64,000 nt of DNA. Source: an uncultured virus (IMG/VR IMGVR_UViG_3300044678_003135) (lineage: Duplodnaviria > Heunggongvirae > Uroviricota > Caudoviricetes). A model generated the notes under the pieces. That model had not been told where the DNA came from. It saw only the letters and a program-made list of their open reading frames with translations, and did no database searches. Position 1 is the stretch's first letter. Each line of letters opens with the position of its first letter. Both the position numbers and the translations under genes were made by a program. This document shows, piece after piece, positions 55,908 to 64,000 of this stretch. The stretch lies in IMG/VR virus record IMGVR_UViG_3300044678_003135; one strand, written 5' to 3'.

Positions 55908-56767
55908 GCCGGGTGACTCGGGGGGAGGGAGTGAACTGGCCACAGTCCTCGATCAACTGGGTTTTGCTGGGGATCCATCAGCAGTGGATCAACAAAGCGC
56001 CGCCCGAAGAGCTGGACTCTGACCCGTTCGCCATCCCAGACGATCTTTCGGCAGAAGTAGACGGCCACCATCCGCCACTGGTGTGAGGTGGCTCCCTCCC
56101 AGGCCCCCCAGCTGCTGAACGTCCTCCCCCAGCAGTTGCGCTCAGGGTCCAACGGCTCCCCAACCTGGTCCCAGACCAGCTGCATTCGGGCTGCCATCGT
56201 CGGATAGCCCATCCGTGGCAGGCCCGCTTCATGGAGCTCCCTCCTCAGCTTCAGGAAGTCCTCCAGCTTTTGCAGCCACTGCTGCTCCCGCTGCCGCTGT
56301 ATCGGCGTGCGGTGCTCGCATAGCCGGACCAGCTCCGGCAGCCGCCGCTGCAGGGCCTCAAACACCGCCCGCTTGATGGCCGCGGCCTGCACCCAGCTCC
56401 GCTTGCCACTGGGCAGCCGGCAGACCGGGCAAGACCAGCGATAGGGTTTGCCACAGGCCCCGCAACGGTCAGGCCGCTTCATCCTGCGCCCGCAGCGGCA
56501 AAGCATCAGGCCATCGAACAACTCTGGCCCGTTGGATTGGTAGTTCGCTTGTATCAGTCGCTGAGCCAGCGCCAGATCAACAGGATCAGCAATGTGCGAT
56601 CCGATCTGCTTCCACCACCACCTCATCTGCCATTTGGTGAGCCCAAGTCTTTTACCTGCAGATGACCAGTGAAATCCTGACTTCATCAGGGTTTGCAGCC
56701 GTGATGCGGCATCCACGGGTGGTGTTCCGCCCGGATTGATCTCACCGCAGGATGTGCGGAAAGTCAT
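55892..56767 (-). CDS. Serine-integrase C-terminal-like protein lacking the catalytic domain
   Basis: FDGLMLCRCGRRM...WSCPVC Zn ribbon; WEGATSHQWRMV; collinear with the C-half of 4114-5418. Confidence 0.6.
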   Translation of the reverse strand: MTFRTSCGEINPGGTPPVDAASRLQTLMKSGFHWSSAGKRLGLTKWQMRWWWKQIGSHIADPVDLALAQRLIQANYQSNGPELFDGLMLCRCGRRMKRPDRCGACGKPYRWSCPVCRLPSGKRSWVQAAAIKRAVFEALQRRLPELVRLCEHRTPIQRQREQQWLQKLEDFLKLRRELHEAGLPRMGYPTMAARMQLVWDQVGEPLDPERNCWGRTFSSWGAWEGATSHQWRMVAVYFCRKIVWDGERVRVQLFGRRFVDPLLMDPQQNPVDRGLWPVHSLPPSHPAHRDR

Positions 56768-56843
56768 CGCTGTGTGATGCCGCATCAATGACTGAGTATG
56801 TACTGGTTCGGCTACGTTGTGCGATAGCTCTGCTTCTGCACGC

Positions 56844-57494
56844 ATGGCCAAACGCCGCACCCCTCTGGCAGCAGTCACCGCCCCGACCGAGACCACGCTG
56901 GAGGCACTGCTCCAAGACCCCAAGAACGCCCGGCGCCGCACCCAGCGCAGCACCGGGATGATCGAGCGCTCGCTGCGCGAGTTTGGGGCTGCCCGCTCCC
57001 TGGTGGTGGATGAAACCGGCATGATCATCGCCGGCAATGGCACCGCCGAGGCAGCCGCCGCCATCGGCATCGAGCGGGTGCTGGTGATCCCGGCCGATGG
57101 CCGCACCTTGGTGGCGGTGCAGCGGACAGATCTTTCCCCAGCACAAAAGGCGGAATATGGAGTGGCGGACAACCGCTCCAGTGACACCTCGGAGTTCAAC
57201 GGCGCGGCGCTGGCGGCCCTGCTGGAGGACCATGCGGAGCTGGACCTGAGCCCGTGGTTCACGGACGACGAGTTCAAGGCCCTGGTCGACGGGATCGATG
57301 AGCTCCCGGATCCACCAGCGCCCCCGGAAACTTCTCCGGGCCTGACGGTCCAGCTGGTGTTTCCTGACCAGGAGGCCCTGGTGGAGTTCCAGCAGCTGAT
57401 GGGCCGCCTGGCGGAGGCGCTGCCGGAGGAGGAGAGCACCGAAGCCCGCCTGGCCCGTGCTGTGGAGGCCCTGCTGGCCCACCGGGGCCGCTGA
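56844..57494 (+). CDS. ParB-like N-terminal domain protein
   Basis: DPKNARR...SLREFG...LVVDE...IIAGNG...ADNR. Confidence 0.85.
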   Translation: MAKRRTPLAAVTAPTETTLEALLQDPKNARRRTQRSTGMIERSLREFGAARSLVVDETGMIIAGNGTAEAAAAIGIERVLVIPADGRTLVAVQRTDLSPAQKAEYGVADNRSSDTSEFNGAALAALLEDHAELDLSPWFTDDEFKALVDGIDELPDPPAPPETSPGLTVQLVFPDQEALVEFQQLMGRLAEALPEEESTEARLARAVEALLAHRGR

Positions 57495-57497
57495 GCC

Positions 57498-58346
57498 GTG
57501 GCAGGCACCGCCTACCGCCCTGCTCTGCCCGCGGCGCCCCCACCAGCTCGCCGCGGCAGCGACATGAGCCTGAAGGAGCATGAGCGGATCTATGCCCTCC
57601 ACCAGCAGGGTGTCCCAGCCCGTGAGATCGCGGTCGAGGTGGGGCGGAGCCTTAGCTGCATCTACGCGAGCCTCGCCGATTCGCGCCGGAGCCGTGGGGA
57701 GGTGCTTAGGTTTCGGGGTTTCACCAACCACCTCCAGGCCGGTGGAGATGGGATCGTCACCCAGAAGCCCCGGCTCCCGGTGGCGGTGGTGGTGCACCGC
57801 TACTTGGCCGAGGAGAGCATCGAGGCCCTGGCCAGCAGCTATGAGGTGAGCCGTGCGGCGATTCGCAGCCTGCTGGTGACGGCCGGCGTCACCATCCGGG
57901 CGCAGAGGCGCAGCGTCACCGACGGCTACCGGCTATGGACTCCGGAGGAGAGCTCCACCTGCCTGCGGTTGCGGGCGCTGGGCCATGACGCCTCCGTCAT
58001 CGGGCAGATGATCAATCGCAGCACCCTGGCGGTGCGCTCCTGGCTGCAGGAGCACGATCGCCCCAACCATTCGGCCCGGATGGTCGAGAGGGCTCGCCGC
58101 CGCCGCGGTGAGCTTCTCCCGGAGGAGGTGCGATCGGATGAGGTGCTCGAGCAGCTGCGCAAGTGCTGGATCGAGGGCCAGACCGTTGCCGCCATGGCCC
58201 GGGAGTTCGCCATCCCAGCCGCCATCGTTTCCGGTGCCCTGAAGCGATCTGGGATCCTGGTGAAACGTGGCCCCAAACCCAACCCGATTGCGCCAGGCCG
58301 CGGCCGCCCTGCCACCCCGCGGAATGCCGTTGTTACAGGTTCCTAA
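57498..58346 (+). CDS. Multi-HTH DNA-binding protein
   Basis: Four HTH-like repeats (e.g. GVPAREIAVEVGRS, SIEALASSYEVSRAAIRSLL). Confidence 0.7.
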   Translation: MAGTAYRPALPAAPPPARRGSDMSLKEHERIYALHQQGVPAREIAVEVGRSLSCIYASLADSRRSRGEVLRFRGFTNHLQAGGDGIVTQKPRLPVAVVVHRYLAEESIEALASSYEVSRAAIRSLLVTAGVTIRAQRRSVTDGYRLWTPEESSTCLRLRALGHDASVIGQMINRSTLAVRSWLQEHDRPNHSARMVERARRRRGELLPEEVRSDEVLEQLRKCWIEGQTVAAMAREFAIPAAIVSGALKRSGILVKRGPKPNPIAPGRGRPATPRNAVVTGS

Positions 58347-58349
58347 CCT

Positions 58350-58838
58350 TTGAGCAGGAGGAACCCCGGGGTGGCGAAAAAGAAAGCCGGGGCCAGCCCA
58401 AAGCCTGCGCGAGATCGCACCCTCTCCAGGGCGGCAGAACGCAACTACCGGGTGCATGCTCTGTTGGGCATGGCGGTGAAGCAGGGCTTCGGGCCGAAGG
58501 ATCTGATGGACGTGGCTATTCGGGGCTGGCGGGTCAGCCCTGCCGTTGCCTCGAAGCTGGTCGGCGAGGCCTATGAACTGGCGATCACCAGCACCAGCCT
58601 CTACGACAAGCTGCGCCTGTCTTCCATCCAGCTTTGCCGGATGGAAGACCTCCTGAAGAAGGCCATCACCAGCAAGCAGCTGGGCGTTGCCCTGGGGGTG
58701 AACCGCGAGATCAACCAACTGATCCTCACCATCGAGAAGTTCGAGAAGGCGCTGGAGGAGGCTGGCGACGGCGGCGCTGGGGCTGAACCCCTGAGCCCAG
58801 AGGAGCAGGAGGCCGAGGACCGGGCCGGTGATTTCTGA
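58350..58838 (+). CDS. Terminase small subunit (putative)
   Basis: Helical protein directly upstream of and coupled to the large subunit. Confidence 0.65.
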   Translation: MSRRNPGVAKKKAGASPKPARDRTLSRAAERNYRVHALLGMAVKQGFGPKDLMDVAIRGWRVSPAVASKLVGEAYELAITSTSLYDKLRLSSIQLCRMEDLLKKAITSKQLGVALGVNREINQLILTIEKFEKALEEAGDGGAGAEPLSPEEQEAEDRAGDF

Positions 58839-60394
58839 TGGACTGGGACGACGAGGCCTGGGCTGAATACGACGCGCAGCTCCGCACCCAGACCTCCTGC
58901 TACAGCTGGCCCCGAACGGGTCCCGCCGGGCTGCACATCCCTCGGAAGCAGCCGGTTCTTCGGCCTCTGCTGCAATACGCCCCTCGCCGGGGGCTGTTCT
59001 CCCAGGCCCAAAGGGTTCAGCCATGGGACCAGCTCCCGAAGCGCTGGCCCGACTTCGCCGCCCGAACCTATATCGCCTCCCAGGGCAAGTACCTGCGCTT
59101 CAAGCCTTGGGACTACCAGCTGGACCTGATCCGCACGATCCGGGGCCACCAGAACACCTACGTCAACAAGAGCCGCCAGACCGGTGTTTCCGAGACGATC
59201 ATCAGCTACATGCTTCAGCAGGCCATCCAACGGCCGGCGTGGGTCGGGATCATCTTCTCCAAGACCGGGGAGGACGCAAGCGAGCTGGCGGCACGGATCA
59301 AGGGACAGGCCGCCTCCCTGGGCTCCGCCTGCCCTCCCCTGCCGAAGGACAGCGCCCGGAAGCTGGTCTTTCAGGGCCGCGGCAGCCTGCACTTCCTGCC
59401 CCCCACTGAGCGGGCCGCCCGAGGCATCCCCAGCGCCTCCATGGTGCTCTTCGATGAGGGGGCCTTCATCGAGAAGCTCGCCGGCATCGAGACCGGTGCC
59501 ATGCCCACCCTTTCCCTGCTGGGGGCCCGGGCCAGGGCCGTGTGGGTCTCCACTCCCAACGGCCGGAGCGGCCGGTTCTACGAGCACTGGAGCACCGACC
59601 ACGGCGAGGTGCAGGTTGGCGATGCGTTCGTCAACGACATCCCCACGCTGCGCTGTTCCCCCGACGGCCAGTTCGCCAAGGTCGCCATCCACTGGAGCCA
59701 GCACCCGATCTATTCGCTGGATCCGGACTATCCAGAAAACACCCGCCGCAAGTTCCAGCTCACCCAGCAGCGCTACCGGCAGGAGTTCGAGCTCGACTTC
59801 GCCGCCACTGACGCGGAGGTCTACCCGCATCACTTGATCGAAGCGGCAGAGGCCATCGGCGGCCTGCAGCTGGCCACCAGGGGCCACAGCTACGTGATCG
59901 GGATCGACCCGAATGGCAGTGGCGGCGACGAATGGGTCACCACCGTGCTCGACATCACCTCCAACCCCTGGCAGGTGGTGGCCCGTTTCAACGACGCCCG
60001 GCGCAGCCGCGACTACGGCCTGCAGCGCACCGCCCGCCTGATCGACGAGTACAACCCCGAGATGGTGGCGATCGAGAACAACGGCGTCGGGGCCAACGTG
60101 GGTGAGGCCCTGTCGATCCTGCGGCCCGGGGTGCCGATCGAAGAGTTCGCCACCTCCAAGCCCTCCAAGATCCGCATGACCGATCGGGTCCTGCTGCTGC
60201 TGGAGCAAGGCGAGCTGGGAATCCCCCCCGACGACATCTACGGCAAGCAGATGCGCACCTTCCGCCAGGGGGCCGACGGCACCCGCGAAGCCGCGGCCGG
60301 CTGCCACGACGACGCCGTGATGAGCCTTGCTGCAGCTTGTGAAGCCGGCGCCCGAACCCGGCCGATGATGGCCGAATGGGTCAAGATGGTGTGA
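58838..60394 (+). CDS. Terminase large subunit
   Basis: KSRQTG, VLFDEGAF Walker B, STPNG, IGIDP nuclease, HDDAVMSLA. Confidence 0.95.
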   Translation: MDWDDEAWAEYDAQLRTQTSCYSWPRTGPAGLHIPRKQPVLRPLLQYAPRRGLFSQAQRVQPWDQLPKRWPDFAARTYIASQGKYLRFKPWDYQLDLIRTIRGHQNTYVNKSRQTGVSETIISYMLQQAIQRPAWVGIIFSKTGEDASELAARIKGQAASLGSACPPLPKDSARKLVFQGRGSLHFLPPTERAARGIPSASMVLFDEGAFIEKLAGIETGAMPTLSLLGARARAVWVSTPNGRSGRFYEHWSTDHGEVQVGDAFVNDIPTLRCSPDGQFAKVAIHWSQHPIYSLDPDYPENTRRKFQLTQQRYRQEFELDFAATDAEVYPHHLIEAAEAIGGLQLATRGHSYVIGIDPNGSGGDEWVTTVLDITSNPWQVVARFNDARRSRDYGLQRTARLIDEYNPEMVAIENNGVGANVGEALSILRPGVPIEEFATSKPSKIRMTDRVLLLLEQGELGIPPDDIYGKQMRTFRQGADGTREAAAGCHDDAVMSLAAACEAGARTRPMMAEWVKMV

Positions 60395-60614
60395 ACCCAG
60401 AACATCAGTACCTGATGATGCCCCTCTTCCGCCCCACAGACTGCGCGGCAGTCGGCGGGCCGACGATCAGCCGTGTCCAAGGCTGCATCAACGACGAGAT
60501 GAAGGAGTGCGTGGTCTGCGGCAATGACGCGGTGCACGATATGACCGAACACTCCTTCTTCGGTTTTCCCGGCTCCTGCCCTTATGGGCCCCCGAAAGAG
60601 GAGGAATGCGAGCC

Positions 60615-60878
60615 ATGACCGTCATCGTCGACGCGCCGAACTGCGGCACCGCCAGCAACAACCACTGGAAGGTCACGCGGCTGGATGAGCCCGGCCGGAT
60701 CCCCGGCCTGATCCGGTTTCACATGCAGACGCGCACCGCCACCCGCCTGGATCAGGTCGCGCAATGGCTGCCCGAGGGCCGCTGGGCTGCCGGCCGCTGG
60801 AGGCCCGATCCGCCGACCGTGCCGAAGTGGCTCATCGCCAGGGTCGAGGCCGCCCTGCAGCAGGGGGTGGGGCAGTGA
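60615..60878 (+). CDS. Hypothetical protein
   Basis: GAGGAGGA RBS upstream; phage-like codon usage. Confidence 0.55.
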   Translation: MTVIVDAPNCGTASNNHWKVTRLDEPGRIPGLIRFHMQTRTATRLDQVAQWLPEGRWAAGRWRPDPPTVPKWLIARVEAALQQGVGQ

Positions 60879-60917
60879 CCACCACCAAGGAGCGCCCGAT
60901 CCTGTGTAAGGAGTTTT

Positions 60918-61145
60918 GTGGCTGAACCCCTCTCCCCTCGCGCCCAGAAAGTGCTTGATGCCATGGGCCGGAGTTACGACCATGAGGAGACTCGACGTGC
61001 CCTGGCCGCGGCCGTGATCCGCGCCCTGGTCGAAGAATGCGCCTACACCACCCGCTACCACTCCGAGAACAGCGAGCTCAACGAGATGGTCATCGATGAA
61101 GCCGACGCCCTCGCCATCGCCGCCGAGTTGGAGGGGCAGCCATGA
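60918..61145 (+). CDS. Hypothetical phage protein
   Basis: TAAGGAG RBS; LSPRAQKVLDA...LAIAAELE. Confidence 0.65.
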   Translation: MAEPLSPRAQKVLDAMGRSYDHEETRRALAAAVIRALVEECAYTTRYHSENSELNEMVIDEADALAIAAELEGQP

Positions 61146-61450
61146 CCCTCCTGGACGTTCACCACGGATTGCTGACCGCCAGCGCCGTGGTGCAGGCATT
61201 CACCGGAATTGTGGTGCGGCTCTGGCTGGCCTGCCTTGCCTGGCACATGCTTTTCGGCTCCGGCCTTAAGTGGAGAGGGTTCCGTCGACCCCAGCTTCAC
61301 GGGAAGCCCGTGATGGCGGTTCGGGTCTCGGTGTCGTTCTTCCCTGAAGCCGGCAAGTTCAGGAGGTTGCCCTTGATCCCAAGGCGCGAGCCCTACGAGT
61401 GGATGTGGTGCTGGATGTGGTTCCAGGTCAGGTGGGACTGGATCACATGA
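61142..61450 (+). CDS. Hypothetical protein
   Basis: ATGA coupling. Confidence 0.45.
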   Translation: MTLLDVHHGLLTASAVVQAFTGIVVRLWLACLAWHMLFGSGLKWRGFRRPQLHGKPVMAVRVSVSFFPEAGKFRRLPLIPRREPYEWMWCWMWFQVRWDWIT

Positions 61451-61510
61451 CCTGCCCACACCTCGACGCCGCCCCGCCCGTCCTGCTACTTGTGCGTTAC
61501 AGTATGGGCA

Positions 61511-61574
61511 TCGGGGAGAGACAACCCCGCTAGGCGCCACCCACGCGCCGATCCGCCCCCAGTAGTCCGGGGGC
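61511..61574 (+). ncRNA. Putative structured 5' leader RNA, copy 2
   Basis: Shared with 3942-4016 (minus strand); preceded by TACAGT at the same 7-nt spacing. Confidence 0.5.
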
Positions 61575-61604
61575 ACACAAAGCATTCCCCATCGCTCCCC
61601 AGCC

Positions 61605-61901
61605 ATGACTGCCACCCCCGACATTGAAGTTCTTTGTTCTGACTATTGCAACAAAGCAACGTTTTGTGGCCTAACGGAAAAAGGCAAAAAAGCAATCAAG
61701 GAGGCTAAGTCAGTGTTTGATTTTGTTTTATGCGCTGATCGTAGTTCAAGATATGGCTTAACCCCGCACGATATTGTTGTTGGCAAGCATTACGAAGCTG
61801 AGCTTTGGAACTGGCTTCAAGCCAGAGCTTGCGTAAGGGGGCCACAGCTTGAGTATTGCTACGACGAAGACGGCAAGCCTCTTACGGCCTTTGCCACCTG
61901 A
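61605..61901 (+). CDS. Small low-GC cassette gene
   Basis: Preceded by CGCTCCCCAGCCATG. Confidence 0.65.
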   Translation: MTATPDIEVLCSDYCNKATFCGLTEKGKKAIKEAKSVFDFVLCADRSSRYGLTPHDIVVGKHYEAELWNWLQARACVRGPQLEYCYDEDGKPLTAFAT

Positions 61902-61953
61902 CCCCCACGGCCCGCTTAAGCCCACCAAGCACCCTTCCCACCGCTCCCCAGCC

Positions 61954-62103
61954 ATGTTCCGCTACGAAATCTCCTTCACTCTCCCTGGATCAACCCGCCT
62001 CATAGTTGAGGTCAAGGAATCAAACGCACCATGGGAGGCCACCGACCAGGTCCGGGCTGAGTACGGCGCCGACATCAAAATCATGCAAACCCGTTGCCTC
62101 TGA
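61954..62103 (+). CDS. Small cassette gene (49 aa)
   Basis: Preceded by the same CGCTCCCCAGCCATG. Confidence 0.6.
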   Translation: MFRYEISFTLPGSTRLIVEVKESNAPWEATDQVRAEYGADIKIMQTRCL

Positions 62104-62165
62104 TGCCTGACCCCCCCCGGCCCGCCGGGGCTTTCCCGGCAACTCATTCCACTACATTCAAACCA

Positions 62166-62420
62166 ATGGACCTTTCCAAGAACATGCAATCCGAAACTGA
62201 CATGGGCAGGTGGACGCTTGAAAATAACCTCGCGGTCTACAGGCATTGGCACGGGAGGGAAGACCGTTACAACCGACCCGGGCTGGAAGCGGCCATCCTA
62301 AACGTAAAAAACAATCGTAACTCTTACGCAACTTATGAAGCCTATGAACGGGATTGGTTTCATTTTGAGAGGGGCCTAGGCCTTTTCAGGGCCGCCGAAG
62401 CTGCGCATCAAGCCACCTAG
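62166..62420 (+). CDS. Small low-GC cassette gene
   Basis: ATG after a hairpin element shared with 16202-16247. Confidence 0.6.
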   Translation: MDLSKNMQSETDMGRWTLENNLAVYRHWHGREDRYNRPGLEAAILNVKNNRNSYATYEAYERDWFHFERGLGLFRAAEAAHQAT

Positions 62421-62447
62421 CCCCCACCACCCACCGCACGCACCGTC

Positions 62448-62678
62448 ATGGCAAACCGGCCTGATACTTCAACCGTCTCCGAATGGATCGTTGCAACTGA
62501 TCTGCATGCCGCGACCGATCAGCTGGCGGCAGCCTTTCGCCCCGTTGGCATTGCAGCCCGTCGCGCTGCGGCCAGACTTGAGCCGCTGTATCGCCTAATT
62601 ATTCAAGCCGAGCGAGGTAGCCCCATCGGCCGCAAACGGCGCGCACGCCGCGCCAGGGGCCGCCGCCGCCATGCCTGA
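62448..62678 (+). CDS. Small basic protein
   Basis: Arg-rich C-terminus; overlaps the Zn-finger start. Confidence 0.55.
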   Translation: MANRPDTSTVSEWIVATDLHAATDQLAAAFRPVGIAARRAAARLEPLYRLIIQAERGSPIGRKRRARRARGRRRHA

Positions 62679-62880
62679 CTCCACCAAATGGGCCCGTTAC
62701 CGGGCCCGGCTGGTCGGCAACCTTCCCCCAGTGCCGCTGTGCCCCACGTGCGGCCGAAAGATCCGTGGTGCGGGCCGTGATGGCCTCTGCTCCCGCTGCT
62801 GGGCCGCTACGCCTGCCGGTCGAGAAGACCTCAGGCAGCGAGTTGCTCGCTCTCGTCGGCGAGCTGCAGGGGGGAGCTGA
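62671..62880 (+). CDS. Small C4 zinc-finger protein
   Basis: CPTCGR...LCSRC; paralogue at 15790-16011. Confidence 0.7.
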   Translation: MPDSTKWARYRARLVGNLPPVPLCPTCGRKIRGAGRDGLCSRCWAATPAGREDLRQRVARSRRRAAGGS

Positions 62881-63313
62881 GCAGTTTCCACCGCTTCGCC
62901 AGCAGCGGCCGGTGGCCAGCCAGAAAGTTGCGCACCGTGTTGAACGGGATCCCCTTGGCTGAAGCGAAGGCCCGCTCCTGGCCGACGATGATCTCCTGCG
63001 CCCGCCCACCCGCTTGATCCCTCAGCCGCCACCTAGGCGCCTCGATGTCGTTGGGCTGGTCATCGGCGGAGCGCTTCACCCACCAGATCCAGGTGCCCCC
63101 CCCGTTGCCCCGGGTCACCCGCCGCAGCAGGCCCTGCCGCTCCAGCCGGGACAAGCAACGGTTCAGGGTCGCCCGCTCGCTGCCCAGCTGTTCCGCCAGA
63201 TCGGTGAGCGTTGGCCACCACCCGGGCACCAGCTGCTCGATCTGCACCAGCGTCATTGCCTGCTCCGCCCGCAGCTCGCGCCGCAGCTTCGCCAGGTAGG
63301 CGGGTTGCATCAT
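62831..63313 (-). CDS. Winged-HTH (MarR-like) protein
   Basis: TLTDLAEQLGSERATLNRCLSRLERQGLLRR. Confidence 0.75.
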   Translation of the reverse strand: MMQPAYLAKLRRELRAEQAMTLVQIEQLVPGWWPTLTDLAEQLGSERATLNRCLSRLERQGLLRRVTRGNGGGTWIWWVKRSADDQPNDIEAPRWRLRDQAGGRAQEIIVGQERAFASAKGIPFNTVRNFLAGHRPLLAKRWKLLSSPLQLADESEQLAA

Positions 63314-63723
63314 CGCTTCAGACAGAACCACCACGGCCGCCAGGCGCGCTTGGCCTGCCCCCCCTCGCTGCGCCCTCCTGCTGGCCCCAGGGCGGCGGCC
63401 ACCTCCAGCTCCATGATTCGCCGGTGGGCTTTCTCCACGGTCCGTTGAAGAATTGCCTGCTCTCGGGCCAGCAGCAGTGCCTGGTGCAGCACGGCCTCAG
63501 GATTGCGCCTGGTTGCTACGGGGGAGATCGAGATGGCCGGGCCCTGCTGCTGATCTGCCCGAGCTGTGGCCGCAATGCCCGCGTGCTGCATCGCCCTCCG
63601 GCAAAGGGCTGGGGTTGCTGGAGCTGCACCCCCGTTTCGCGTCGTTCCCATCGCCGGCCAGGTGCCCGAGCCGGGCAACCGAAGCCCCACAGCTGGAGGC
63701 GCCATCAGATCGCTGCCCAGCAA
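63310..63723 (-). CDS. Hypothetical protein
   Basis: Stop overlaps the HTH gene start. Confidence 0.4.
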   Translation of the reverse strand: MLGSDLMAPPAVGLRLPGSGTWPAMGTTRNGGAAPATPALCRRAMQHAGIAATARADQQQGPAISISPVATRRNPEAVLHQALLLAREQAILQRTVEKAHRRIMELEVAAALGPAGGRSEGGQAKRAWRPWWFCLKR

Positions 63724-64000
63724 CGCCGCTGTGCCGATCTGCTGGGGCTGTACTGGCCACCGCGGGCTTTGTTCTGGTCGACCGCCGACCTATTGGCGAT
63801 GCCGCGCCGCCCTGGGTCTCCCCGGATCAGCCGGCCGCGGGCCGTTGCTTTGGCCCTGCGCCTGACCGCGCTGGAGACGTTGCGCTGGTCTATGCCCTGG
63901 CCAGCTCTGCTGACCCGCTTCGCGGAACGACAACTGGGGTATCAATCACCGGAGGAAACGGGAGAGTTTCGGAAGCAGCAGGCCACCGCGAGAGGGCTTC

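Larger units (their letters stand above)
1..64000. mobile_element. Temperate tailed phage genome segment (siphovirus-type), extends beyond the window
   Basis: Terminase, MuF, prohead protease, capsid, tail tube, tape measure, tail tip, lysins, serine integrase and replication initiator are all present; no housekeeping host genes recognised. Confidence 0.96.

Noticed and set aside
56768..57508. 5' part of the 538-aa minus-strand ORF 55892-57508
   Set aside because: Antisense to the ParB-like gene; only the part from ATG 56767 looks coding
59165..59195. Terminase Walker A apparently lacking Lys (RQTGVS)
   Set aside because: The KSRQxGxS variant, with Lys before SRQ, is common in this terminase group and does not imply inactivity
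60395..64000. Missing portal gene as a sign of a defective phage
   Set aside because: The window begins just upstream of MuF and ends after the terminase, so the portal most likely lies outside the window

Overview
The whole window is a GC-rich, temperate, lambda-like tailed phage (siphovirus-type tail). No host genes, rRNA, tRNA or CRISPR array were seen. Gene order: head-associated cargo genes and MuF (1-3006); serine integrase block (3-5.8 kb); fibre-like genes (6.5-9.8 kb); a large ParB/ADP-ribosyltransferase multidomain protein and relatives (9.8-16.5 kb); DUF2213 protease/scaffold, decoration protein and DUF2184-type capsid (16.8-19.7 kb); head-tail and tail genes, including a GGGAAAG frameshift chaperone and an M23-containing tape measure (20-42.8 kb); lysis (42.8-45.3 kb); a leftward recombination operon (ERF, DUF2303); a repressor-like gene; replication initiator with internal ori; dNTP diphosphohydrolase, PolX, ParB, terminase; and small-gene cassettes. 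The portal gene is not in the window. Family calls come from motif recognition by eye, not database searches. A picocyanobacterial host is an inference only. The most striking observation is a family of head-module proteins sharing an R-x-D motif, an 'LQxRIDALR' helix and a C-x2-GYGCG-x2-CIS-x2-K-x-CR module, fused to different enzymatic cargos (protein kinase, ParB-like domain, ADP-ribosyltransferase). This suggests a modular, protease-processed system for packaging effectors into the capsid. Other notable items: four intergenic cyanobacterial-type LexA-like boxes, a repeated structured leader RNA, a repressor-like protein with an inserted carbohydrate-binding-like module, a catalytic-domain-less integrase paralogue and a miniature paralogue of the tail-tip protein.
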